Source: an uncultured Candidatus Saccharibacteria bacterium (GTDB taxonomy: Bacteria > Patescibacteriota > Dojkabacteria > B142 > OLB20). Taken from it: a DNA stretch of 64,000 nucleotides. The notes beneath the pieces are model-generated. The model was not told the DNA's origin. It was given only the letters and a program-made list of their open reading frames with translations, and searched no databases. The stretch lies in contig CAZLRZ010000001.1 in NCBI GenBank assembly GCA_964562165.1, positions 1,349-65,348 of the forward strand, given 5' to 3'. Made by a program: the position numbers and the translations under genes. Of the stretch, positions 9,265-17,801 are shown piece by piece (position 1 is the stretch's first letter; each line of letters begins with the position of its first letter).

Positions 9265-12200
9265 TATCGGTTAATTTTAAAATTAAAAGTTTTTGAGTTT
9301 ACAAACTGACCTTTGAATAAATATCCATTTGTTTGATTAATTGAGTTTTCAGTTATAGGAACCACATGATCCAGTGTATCTTCAAACAAAAACTCTAAAT
9401 CATAATTGATTAAGGTACCGGAAATGGAATTTATCTTGAAAAGATAATTATAGCTTGAATCGGTAGTTTTTTCAAAAACTCCAGTTTTATAATTTAACCC
9501 ATATTTTAAGTCGTCATCGGGAAGGACTATAGCGCATATCTTTTGAAGGCTCAGAACATCAAAGGCTTGAGAATAATTTTCGGTTGCTGTCTCATTTATT
9601 TCAAGTTCGGCTATGCTACTTGGCATACAAAAATATGTATTCGCAATTCCATCGGCATTAAATTTTACTTTAAAACTTTTTACCGTAGATAAATCCTTTT
9701 TAACTGTAATATTACCTGAAAACTCAATTTCGCTAAGGCTATTAAATTTGTTTGTTGATCCATCGGAATTCATACCGATATATATTTGATCTTTTACAGA
9801 ACTTTCAGGCACTAAACTCATTATAAATCTCTGGAAAATTGGGTCGTTACTAAAAAGCTTTATATCTTTTGAATTAACAGCCGATTCAATTGATTTCCCA
9901 ACAGACTTATCTTTAAAGACATTATTTACTTTGTTTTCCAACAAATTTGAACTGTACGAAATCACAAGATTGCTTCGCTGTTGATCTGTAGCATCAGAAG
10001 AAAGTAAATTATTGAATACATCAAAGAAATTATCGGAATTAAAAACCTTTTGTTTAAAATTGAGATCGTTATTTTCTCCGGTAATCATAGCAAAAGCATT
10101 TAGATTCACAATTATTCCCATATCTACATTAGTAGCCTCTTTTGCCTCGACTAATTCTTCGACTTCATCATAAAAAAGATCCATATCCGATATATAGTTT
10201 ATATCGTCAAAAACAATATTACCCTGAGTAAGTATTTTTTTGCTAACTAAGGTTATATCTTTAAATGCAGCTTGCGAAAGATTGGGGTTCGTATTTTGAA
10301 ACTCAGAAAAGTTTACAAATTTTACGGTAATAATTTTGGCATTTTGTACGCCAAATAAATAATATCCAACTAACTTTCCGCCACTAGCATAAAATCTTTG
10401 ATTGTCCTGAATTAAAAGAAGATAGTTTTTAATTTTATCTTTTCCGGTAATTAGATTGAGATTATTCACAGATTCAACTATTTTGCTACCCTCATTTTGA
10501 GTATCAACCACATCTTTTACTTCATCTCCAATTAGACTGACAACCCAACCCGGCATGGATTCAAGGGCAACTAAAATTTTCTTTGAATTTTCCTCCATCG
10601 CCTTATTACCTAAAGAAAGTAAGGATTTATTTGAATTCAGACTGTTCAGATCTTCTAAATAATCGGCTTTAGTGCTTGAGATTACTAATTGATCATCTAG
10701 CCTTTGGACAAATCCGGGGGAAAACTTTGTTTTGAAACTATCTAAAGGAATAAGCGACTTTGAAAAATTATCCAGACCCGAAAAATATTGTTCTAATTGC
10801 GAAATAAAGATTCGAGCATTTGCATAGTCATCGTTTTTATTAAAAATGATAAACACATACTCTAAATCTTTCAGCCTAGCTTCAATGTTATTGATATTGT
10901 CTAATATCTCATTAGTTTTAACATTAATCTCATTAAAGTTGTAAGTATCCCTCGACTTAGATATGGTGGTTATGTTTTGCCTTAAAAAGAAAACTTCTTT
11001 GGATAAATTTAATACAGGCGACAAGAATATAAAATAAACAATTAAAAAGGTTATTATCCCAACCATCCATAGGCCAAATTCCCTTAATGTTAGGTTCTTA
11101 AATATATTTACTTTTTGTTTTATTCTTATAAACAAATCATTTAGCCAATTATCGAACCTTTCCAAAGGTGTTCTATCCGGTTTTTTTTGAAGCGCCTCTC
11201 TTAGATTGTTATTTGCTAAAATAATACTACCCTTTCTGGCTCTTTCTTGGTTTTTTCGCTCTGCTATTAGTCTTGCTAAAGCTCCTTCGCTATTAAGGTT
11301 TGAGGTGTTAACTTCGGGGATGGTTGGATCGTCTTCTTTTGAAGCAATAAAGAAGAAATCAAGGAATCCTTTCTTCTGTTCTTTTCGATTCTTTGAGCCG
11401 GAAATTGGAATTAGTTCTTTTTCAAGTGAAGACACATTTCCATTTACTTCGCTCAGCCTTGCTTTAATAAAATCTATCGTTTGCGATAAAGCTCTATCAA
11501 ATGAAATTCTCGGAGACCATCCGATAGACGTTAGATTAGTAGCCGGTTTATATAACTTGATTGGTGGCAATGTATTATCGTTCTGGTCAAATTGGATTTC
11601 TTTCGCAGAAGGAATCAGTTCTATCATCTTGTACGCAATACCTAATACAGAGATTTCTTCTTCATTTGAAAGGGTGAAAATTTGCCCTTTTGTATTCGGA
11701 GAAAATTGAGCCTTTATTATCCCGTATGCGGCGTCTAAATAATGAATATAGAAGTCCGTATCTAATCCGTCCCCTGGAATTATCAACCTTTCACCTTGTA
11801 AAGCTTGAATAATTAATTTAACTATAAATGAGTCCAGATTAATTTCCATCCCCCTACCAAGTAATGTCCCTAAGCGAACTATCCTGGTATTTATTCCCAC
11901 TTTCTCTTGATATTCTTTTACTAAACTTTCGGAATATCTTTGGATTTCGAGTTCGGAATAAACCGAATATTTTTCAGCAGTCTGCAATTCATAATTTAAA
12001 TCAATAACTTTATTCCCAACAATTGTTTGATGAGCCTTAATAGAAGTGGTTAACAAAAATTTGGCATCAAATTTTGCCGTAAGATCAAGCACAGTGTCTA
12101 AATAATTTGATGCCTGTAAAAATTCTTGCGTAGAAATTTTTTGGCTATAATCGGCATACTGATGATCCAGATAAAACACATAATCGAGCCTTCTCAAATC

Positions 12201-12428
12201 GCTTTGCAAAGTGCTTATACCACTATAATCCATCAGGATTAGATTTTGATAGGAATCAATTAATGGTAAATATTTTTCAACTTCCCGGCTGCCTCGATCA
12301 ACAATAATTACAAACCCTCCTTGTTCTAAAAGGGATTTAGCAAGCTCTATACCCAATAAGTCTTGCCCCCTAACAATAATTGAAGTTGGGAATTTTACTG
12401 CATTTTTTAATTGATTGGCAGTGACCAT
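9264..12428 (-). CDS. 1054-aa membrane protein: cytoplasmic degenerate SDR/epimerase-like N-domain, one TM, large extracytoplasmic region
   Basis: Residues ~15-300 resemble NAD-dependent epimerases (IIVRGQDLLGIELAKSLLEQGGFVIIVD; FYIHYLDAAYGIIKA) but lack GxxGxxG and YxxxK. A TM segment sits at ~445-470 (LWMVGIITFLIVYFIFLSPVL). Confidence 0.45.
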   Translation of the reverse strand: MVTANQLKNAVKFPTSIIVRGQDLLGIELAKSLLEQGGFVIIVDRGSREVEKYLPLIDSYQNLILMDYSGISTLQSDLRRLDYVFYLDHQYADYSQKISTQEFLQASNYLDTVLDLTAKFDAKFLLTTSIKAHQTIVGNKVIDLNYELQTAEKYSVYSELEIQRYSESLVKEYQEKVGINTRIVRLGTLLGRGMEINLDSFIVKLIIQALQGERLIIPGDGLDTDFYIHYLDAAYGIIKAQFSPNTKGQIFTLSNEEEISVLGIAYKMIELIPSAKEIQFDQNDNTLPPIKLYKPATNLTSIGWSPRISFDRALSQTIDFIKARLSEVNGNVSSLEKELIPISGSKNRKEQKKGFLDFFFIASKEDDPTIPEVNTSNLNSEGALARLIAERKNQERARKGSIILANNNLREALQKKPDRTPLERFDNWLNDLFIRIKQKVNIFKNLTLREFGLWMVGIITFLIVYFIFLSPVLNLSKEVFFLRQNITTISKSRDTYNFNEINVKTNEILDNINNIEARLKDLEYVFIIFNKNDDYANARIFISQLEQYFSGLDNFSKSLIPLDSFKTKFSPGFVQRLDDQLVISSTKADYLEDLNSLNSNKSLLSLGNKAMEENSKKILVALESMPGWVVSLIGDEVKDVVDTQNEGSKIVESVNNLNLITGKDKIKNYLLLIQDNQRFYASGGKLVGYYLFGVQNAKIITVKFVNFSEFQNTNPNLSQAAFKDITLVSKKILTQGNIVFDDINYISDMDLFYDEVEELVEAKEATNVDMGIIVNLNAFAMITGENNDLNFKQKVFNSDNFFDVFNNLLSSDATDQQRSNLVISYSSNLLENKVNNVFKDKSVGKSIESAVNSKDIKLFSNDPIFQRFIMSLVPESSVKDQIYIGMNSDGSTNKFNSLSEIEFSGNITVKKDLSTVKSFKVKFNADGIANTYFCMPSSIAELEINETATENYSQAFDVLSLQKICAIVLPDDDLKYGLNYKTGVFEKTTDSSYNYLFKINSISGTLINYDLEFLFEDTLDHVVPITENSINQTNGYLFKGQFVNSKTFNFKINR

Positions 12429-13111
12429 TAAATAGTTTTAATTATTTTAACCGGTTGCAAAAACAAATTTACCTCAAGATTAATTGTAAGATCCTTTAAT
12501 TTATCCCGACTTTCTTGATCTTCGGGCAGGATCATAAACTCTAAAGAATCATATCCGTCTTTTTCAAATCGGATTTTATGCTGTCTACTAATATCTAATT
12601 CTAATTCATTTAAAGGAGTAGTTCCAATTTGTTCATCATCTATGAAAACGTTTACTTCTATAGGAGCAGAGATTACATTCAAAATTGGATTCTCATTTTT
12701 CTTAAAGTTTTTAGAAGCGTATAAAATATGCCCCTCCGTAAAAGCCTCTGATGGGCCTAAATCGTAAGCCATAACAACTTCAACTCCCGAAATAAAATTT
12801 ATTTCTTTGTTTAATTCAAAATATACATTGCCCGCTTCGGACTTTCTTTGGAGTTTGATCAAATGCATTCCTTCTTTAATGGTGTTAATTTCTGCAAAAG
12901 ATTCATCATCCACAACATTGCCCTCAAGTTTTTCATCAACATAAATATCAATACTGCCTGAAAGGGATTTAACCTTTAATGTTGAATAAGTACTATCCTT
13001 ATCAATCCCAATTAAAGATAAAAAGGAAAAGTCCCAACTATTCCATGGGGACCAAATTCCAATAAGAACTAATACTATTAACAGTAAAACTATTCTGCCG
13101 AGGTTTTTCAA
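12428..13111 (-). CDS. Membrane-anchored protein with a PEGA-like domain (TTG start)
   Basis: N-terminal TM. C-terminal VNVFIDDEQIGTTPLN fits the PEGA motif. The start codon is TTG at 13109-13111. First gene of the operon. Confidence 0.35.
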   Translation of the reverse strand: MKNLGRIVLLLIVLVLIGIWSPWNSWDFSFLSLIGIDKDSTYSTLKVKSLSGSIDIYVDEKLEGNVVDDESFAEINTIKEGMHLIKLQRKSEAGNVYFELNKEINFISGVEVVMAYDLGPSEAFTEGHILYASKNFKKNENPILNVISAPIEVNVFIDDEQIGTTPLNELELDISRQHKIRFEKDGYDSLEFMILPEDQESRDKLKDLTINLEVNLFLQPVKIIKTI

Positions 13112-13289
13112 TTTTTGATAACTATTTTCAAAAATTATAGCAATAAACCATGATAACCTCTACTTTTATTTTCAATGAAATGATAAAATAATCATAAGCG
13201 ATTAAGGATTTGGTGTAAGCCTTAAAAATTTAGTGATTACAACCAAATATTCTCTTGAGAGTCTTAAAATTTCAAGCTTTTGAAGATTT

Positions 13290-13400
13290 TAAGGAATAAA
13301 GGTGGCACCACCCAAGATTTTTATAAATTTAAGGGCCCTTTTAGATTGTATTTTATAATCTAAAGCGGCTCTTTTTTTATTTATATTTTTTACCAAATAC
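13290..13400 (+). promoter_or_regulatory. Candidate aspS leader: T-box-like GGUGGCACC element plus a hairpin/U-run attenuator
   Basis: AAAGGTGGCACCACCC resembles the T-box core (AGGGUGGNACCGCG). UGGC would pair with the GCCA 3' end of tRNA-Asp or tRNA-Asn. Hairpin TTTAGATT...AATCTAAA, then GCGGCTCTTTTTTT, ends 20 nt before the ATG. Confidence 0.2.
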
Positions 13401-13403
13401 CAA

Positions 13404-15191
13404 ATGCAACGAATCTTATCAAATGAATTGAAAAACCAAATCGGCAACGAAGTTATGCTAGAAGGCTGGCTTCATAACCTAAGGACAATGGGCAAATTGG
13501 CCTTTCTAATTTTGCGTGATAGAACTGGTTTGAGCCAAATTGTTTTAGATTCTGTTGATGAAATCAAAAAGCTCGACAATCTATACACCGGTTCGGTTCT
13601 AAGAATAGTTGGGAACGCAGTTTTATCTGAGAAATCTCAATATGGTGTTGAAATCCAAAATTCAAAAATCGAAGTAATGCAACCTGTAAAATACCCTAGC
13701 CCAGTTGATATTTCAAAAAATGATTTGAATGTGGAGTTTGATACTTTGCTTGAAAATCGCGTAGTAACTTTAAGACACCCAAAGCAATCTGCGATTTTCA
13801 AAGTTGCAGGTATTGCCGAAAAAGTAATGCGTGACTTTTATAATAAAAATGAGTTCACACAAATTAATTCACCAAAAATGATTGCCTTCCCAACCGAAGG
13901 CGGTGCTGAGGTTTTTGAGGTCAACTACTTTGATAAAAAGGCGTATATGGCTCAAAGCCCTCAGTTTTATAAACAGATGATGGTCGGTGTTTTTGAAAAA
14001 GTATATGAAATCGGTAGAGCCTACCGTGCAGAAAAAAGTAATACCAGCAGGCATCTTTCGGAGATCCTAATGTTGGATATGGAAATGGGATTTATAAATT
14101 CCTTTGAGGACGTTCTAAATACTAGTGAATCCTTTATAAAATACGTTTGTGAAAATACTTGGAACGAAGCGGCCCCTTTACTTGAAGGCCTTGGAGCAAA
14201 AAAGCCAATAATTTCGGAAAAGCTTCCAAGAATTAGTGTAAAAGATTTACACGAATTAATGAAAAAAGAAACCGGCGAAGATCATACTAGCGAACTCGAC
14301 GTTGCTCCTTCTGAAGAAAAATTTATAAGCGAATATTCACAAAAGAACTGGAATAGCGAAGCGCTATTTATTGTTGACTTCCCTTGGTCCGATGCAAAAT
14401 TTTATCATCATCAAAGCGAAACCAACCCAGAAAATGCTGATCGAGCCGACTTAATTTTTAGAGGCGTTGAACTTGCTACAATTACAAGGCGTGAAGTCAA
14501 TTACGAAAAGCTAGTCTCACAAATCCAAGCAAAAGGAATGGATTCCAATCACCCAGGCCTAGCGCAATATCTTGAAGCCTTTAAATTTGGAATGCCCGAA
14601 GAAGGCGGCTTTGGTTTAGGTATTGCAAGATTCGTTCAAAAAATGATAGGCCTCGATAATGTAAAAGAAGCCGAACTATTTCCATCGGATCCTAAGCTAA
14701 TCGGTGGAGTTCGAATTGCTCCTAAGGTGTTTTTTGGCAAAGAGTTAAATTCTGAAATATTATCCCAATTAACAAAAGGTAAAATTACCTATGAAAAGGT
14801 AACTCATGAACCCGCAAAAACATCTGAGGAATCGGCCATTCAAAGAAAAACCAATCTTGATGAAGGTGTAAAAGCAATAATTCTTCGAGGTAAAAGAACA
14901 GGAAAAAACATTATGGTTTGTATTCCTGCTGATCAAAAACTAAATATGGACATATTATCCAGTTTTGAAAGTGAAAAGTTTGAGTTTGAAAACCCTCAAA
15001 TAATTAAAGATAAGTTCGGCTTGGAACTCGGATCAATTCCTCCATTTGGCAACTTGCTAGGAATGACTACGTATTTCTCAAATGATATAGAACAAAAAGC
15101 ATTATCAGCTTTCAATGATGGACTTACAACAGAGTCCATCAAGATGCAGCCAGCAGATTTAATTAAATTAATAAATCCAATATTAGTTTGA
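13404..15191 (+). CDS. aspS: Aspartyl-(or asparaginyl-)tRNA synthetase, class IIb archaeal/eukaryotic-type core, fused to a C-terminal YbaK/ProX-like deacylase domain
   Basis: Motif 2 AYRAEKSNTSRHLSEI and motif 3 GGFGLGIARFV. Core of ~440 aa. C-terminal ~150 aa (KAIILRGKRTGKNIMVCIPADQKLNMDILSS…LGSIPPFGNLLGMTTYFSNDI) aligns by eye to E. coli YbaK (K.LL…K.LAVAV.P….LDLKK….TGY.VGGISPLG). Confidence 0.8.
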   Translation: MQRILSNELKNQIGNEVMLEGWLHNLRTMGKLAFLILRDRTGLSQIVLDSVDEIKKLDNLYTGSVLRIVGNAVLSEKSQYGVEIQNSKIEVMQPVKYPSPVDISKNDLNVEFDTLLENRVVTLRHPKQSAIFKVAGIAEKVMRDFYNKNEFTQINSPKMIAFPTEGGAEVFEVNYFDKKAYMAQSPQFYKQMMVGVFEKVYEIGRAYRAEKSNTSRHLSEILMLDMEMGFINSFEDVLNTSESFIKYVCENTWNEAAPLLEGLGAKKPIISEKLPRISVKDLHELMKKETGEDHTSELDVAPSEEKFISEYSQKNWNSEALFIVDFPWSDAKFYHHQSETNPENADRADLIFRGVELATITRREVNYEKLVSQIQAKGMDSNHPGLAQYLEAFKFGMPEEGGFGLGIARFVQKMIGLDNVKEAELFPSDPKLIGGVRIAPKVFFGKELNSEILSQLTKGKITYEKVTHEPAKTSEESAIQRKTNLDEGVKAIILRGKRTGKNIMVCIPADQKLNMDILSSFESEKFEFENPQIIKDKFGLELGSIPPFGNLLGMTTYFSNDIEQKALSAFNDGLTTESIKMQPADLIKLINPILV

Positions 15192-15937
15192 AAATGATGT
15201 TAGAAATAAAAAATCTAAGTTGCGAAATTAATTCAAAAGAAATTTTGTCTGACATTTCTCTACAAATTCAAAAGGGTGAAGTTCATGTTATTATGGGACC
15301 AAACGGATCCGGCAAGTCCACACTTGCTAAAGCCATAATTGCTGATCCTGAATGTATTATCAAAACCGGGAAAATCTTTTTTGAAAACATTGATATTACA
15401 TCTCAAGACATCTCATCTAGAGCCAAAAACGGAATCTTTATGGCTTTTCAAAATCCGGTGGAAGTCCCCGGTTTAAATTTCCGCAACTATGCAAGACTAA
15501 TCTATAACAATCTAAAGCCAAAGGAACAAAAACTCCCTGTTTTTAAATTTAGAGAACATTTATTGAGCTTAGCAAAATCTTTAAATATTCCAGAGGCTTT
15601 ACTCGAAAGGAACTTAAACGAAGGCCTTTCTGGAGGCGAAAAAAAGAAGCTGGAGATACTTCAAATGGCATTATTAAGCCCCAAATTAGTGATTCTTGAT
15701 GAAACCGATTCCGGCCTAGATATCGAGGCAATAAAAACGATTTTCAAGTATATTAATGAACTCAAGGTTTCTAACCCCAGTCTTACCATTTTGATAATCA
15801 CCCATTATCATAAGATTTTTGAGGATTTAACTCCTAATAAAATCCATATTATGATGAATGGGAAAATCGTAAAAACCTCCGATAAAAGCATTTTACAAAC
15901 AATAGAAAAATTTGGATATGAAAAATTCAGAAGCTGA
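15188..15937 (+). CDS. sufC: Fe-S cluster assembly ATPase SufC
   Basis: GPNGSGKSTLAKAI Walker A, LSGGEKKKLEILQM signature. 249 aa. Lies upstream of sufB. Confidence 0.85.
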   Translation: MKMMLEIKNLSCEINSKEILSDISLQIQKGEVHVIMGPNGSGKSTLAKAIIADPECIIKTGKIFFENIDITSQDISSRAKNGIFMAFQNPVEVPGLNFRNYARLIYNNLKPKEQKLPVFKFREHLLSLAKSLNIPEALLERNLNEGLSGGEKKKLEILQMALLSPKLVILDETDSGLDIEAIKTIFKYINELKVSNPSLTILIITHYHKIFEDLTPNKIHIMMNGKIVKTSDKSILQTIEKFGYEKFRS

Positions 15938-17348
15938 AAATTGCGATGTAAAAACCCTTGTTTCAACGAATGCTTATGACGAGAAGTACGGCTTCCACAC
16001 TGATAATACAAACACCATCGAATTTAAAAAAGGCCTCGACCTTGAAACAATTAAAAGTATTTCAAAGATAAAAAATGAGGACAAATGGATGTTAAATTTT
16101 CGACTAAAAGCATACAAAGAATTTTTAAAACACAAAATGCCCTCTTTTGGGCCCGATCTAACTCACATTAATTTTGATGAGATAAAATATTTTGTCCAAG
16201 CCTCAGCGAAATCAAACAAGAGCTGGGATTCAGTTCCCGTAGAAATTCAAGAGACTTTTGATAAGCTGGGTATTCCGGAAGTAGAAAAGAAATATCTCGC
16301 AGGCATTGCTACACAATATGAATCCGAAATCATCTATAACAATCTTAAAGAAAAGTGGACAAAACAAGGAATAATATTTTTAGATATTTCAGAAGGCTAC
16401 AAAAAATACCCCGATCTATTTACGAAATATTTTAGTTCAATTGTGCCAATTAATGACAACAAGTTTGCCGCATTAAATTCTGCTGTTTTTAGTGGAGGAA
16501 CTTTTATCTATATCCCTAAACATATTAAGGTTAGGATTCCACTCCAAACCTACTTTAGAATCAACACTGAAAGTATGGGCCAATTTGAAAGGACCTTGAT
16601 CATTGCTGACGAAGGCAGTGAAGTCCATTACATTGAAGGATGCACAGCCCCGACATATAGCAAAGATTCCTTGCACGCTGCGGTAGTCGAAGTTATTGTG
16701 TTAGATAAAGCCAGAGTCAGATATACAACCATTCAAAACTGGTCAAAAAACGTATTGAACCTTGTTACAAAAAGAGCTTCTGTCCACGAAAAAGGCATTA
16801 TGGAATGGGTTGACTGCAACTTAGGCTCAAGAATTACTATGAAATACCCAGCTGTAATCTTAAAAGGAGATGATTCCCATGGCGAAATTTTATCAATCGC
16901 CTTAGCAAACAAAGACCAAATAATTGATGCCGGTGGCAAGGCAATTCATATAGGCAAAAATACCTCCAGTATTATTAATTCCAAATCGATCTGCATTAAT
17001 GGTGGCAGAAGCTCTTTTAGAGGCTTTGTAAAATCCGAGACTACCGCACAAAACGCAAAATCGAAGGTCAATTGCGAAGCCTTAATACTAGACAACAAAT
17101 CTCAAACTGACACCTACCCTACAAATTTGATTTTGAATAAAACAACGCAAGTTGCCCACGAAGCCTCAGTTAGCAAGCTCAACACAAAACAAATGAACTA
17201 CTTAATGTCGCGCGGCCTAAATATTGCCCAGGCTTCATCTTTAATTGTTTCTGGTTTTATTGAACCAATAGTAAAAGAATTACCAATGGAATATGCAGCA
17301 GAACTTAATACTTTAATTAATTTAAGTATGGAAGGAAGCGTAGGATAA
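15912..17348 (+). CDS. sufB: Fe-S cluster assembly protein SufB
   Basis: 478 aa. ...HYIEGCTAPTYSKDSLHAAVVEV... and a C-terminal ...NYLMSRGL... typical of SufB. Confidence 0.85.
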   Translation: MDMKNSEAENCDVKTLVSTNAYDEKYGFHTDNTNTIEFKKGLDLETIKSISKIKNEDKWMLNFRLKAYKEFLKHKMPSFGPDLTHINFDEIKYFVQASAKSNKSWDSVPVEIQETFDKLGIPEVEKKYLAGIATQYESEIIYNNLKEKWTKQGIIFLDISEGYKKYPDLFTKYFSSIVPINDNKFAALNSAVFSGGTFIYIPKHIKVRIPLQTYFRINTESMGQFERTLIIADEGSEVHYIEGCTAPTYSKDSLHAAVVEVIVLDKARVRYTTIQNWSKNVLNLVTKRASVHEKGIMEWVDCNLGSRITMKYPAVILKGDDSHGEILSIALANKDQIIDAGGKAIHIGKNTSSIINSKSICINGGRSSFRGFVKSETTAQNAKSKVNCEALILDNKSQTDTYPTNLILNKTTQVAHEASVSKLNTKQMNYLMSRGLNIAQASSLIVSGFIEPIVKELPMEYAAELNTLINLSMEGSVG

Positions 17349-17801
17349 ATGGAAGACATCTCATTAGACTTAACAAAAAACATTCAAGAAATCGAAGTTA
17401 ACAAAGACTCTCTATTCAGGGCTGTTTTCCAAAGCAACCTAAACGGCAAATTAAAAAGGGTCATTACCATCACTCATACAAAGAAAAACATTGAATCAGA
17501 ATTTAGAATAAAATTCATTGTCAATTCAAAAGATCCCGTAGAGTTCATCCCTACCATTATTATAAAAAAAGGCGCAACCGGAGTAAAAAGCAAACTAAAA
17601 ATTGAAGTCCTAAATTTAACAAACAACCCCCATATACTAATCAGTCCTAATATGGAAATCCTCGATAACGACGTCGAAGCCTCTCACAGTTTGGCCATAC
17701 GACAAGTCGATTCAAATGAGTTAAAATATTTAATGAGCCGAGGCTTAGAAAAATCTCAAAGCACAAGATTATTAATTCAAGCTTTTATCAACGATTTATG
17801 A
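17349..17801 (+). CDS. sufD: Minimal SufD-like protein (C-terminal beta-helix and dimerisation region only)
   Basis: 150 aa. ISPNMEILDNDVEASHSLAIRQVDSNELKYLMSRGL matches the SufB/SufD C-terminal consensus (kP.LEI.aDDVkCsHGAT.G.ld.e.LFYL.SRGi). Confidence 0.5.
   Translation: MEDISLDLTKNIQEIEVNKDSLFRAVFQSNLNGKLKRVITITHTKKNIESEFRIKFIVNSKDPVEFIPTIIIKKGATGVKSKLKIEVLNLTNNPHILISPNMEILDNDVEASHSLAIRQVDSNELKYLMSRGLEKSQSTRLLIQAFINDL

Noticed and set aside
11206-11709. 167-aa plus-strand ORF
   Set aside because: It is embedded antisense in the 1054-aa gene, consistent with an AT-rich shadow frame.
13112-13403. Search for a tRNA or tmRNA in the longest intergenic region
   Set aside because: No T-loop (GTTCRANYC) or acceptor/CCA features were seen, so it is interpreted as a promoter/leader instead.
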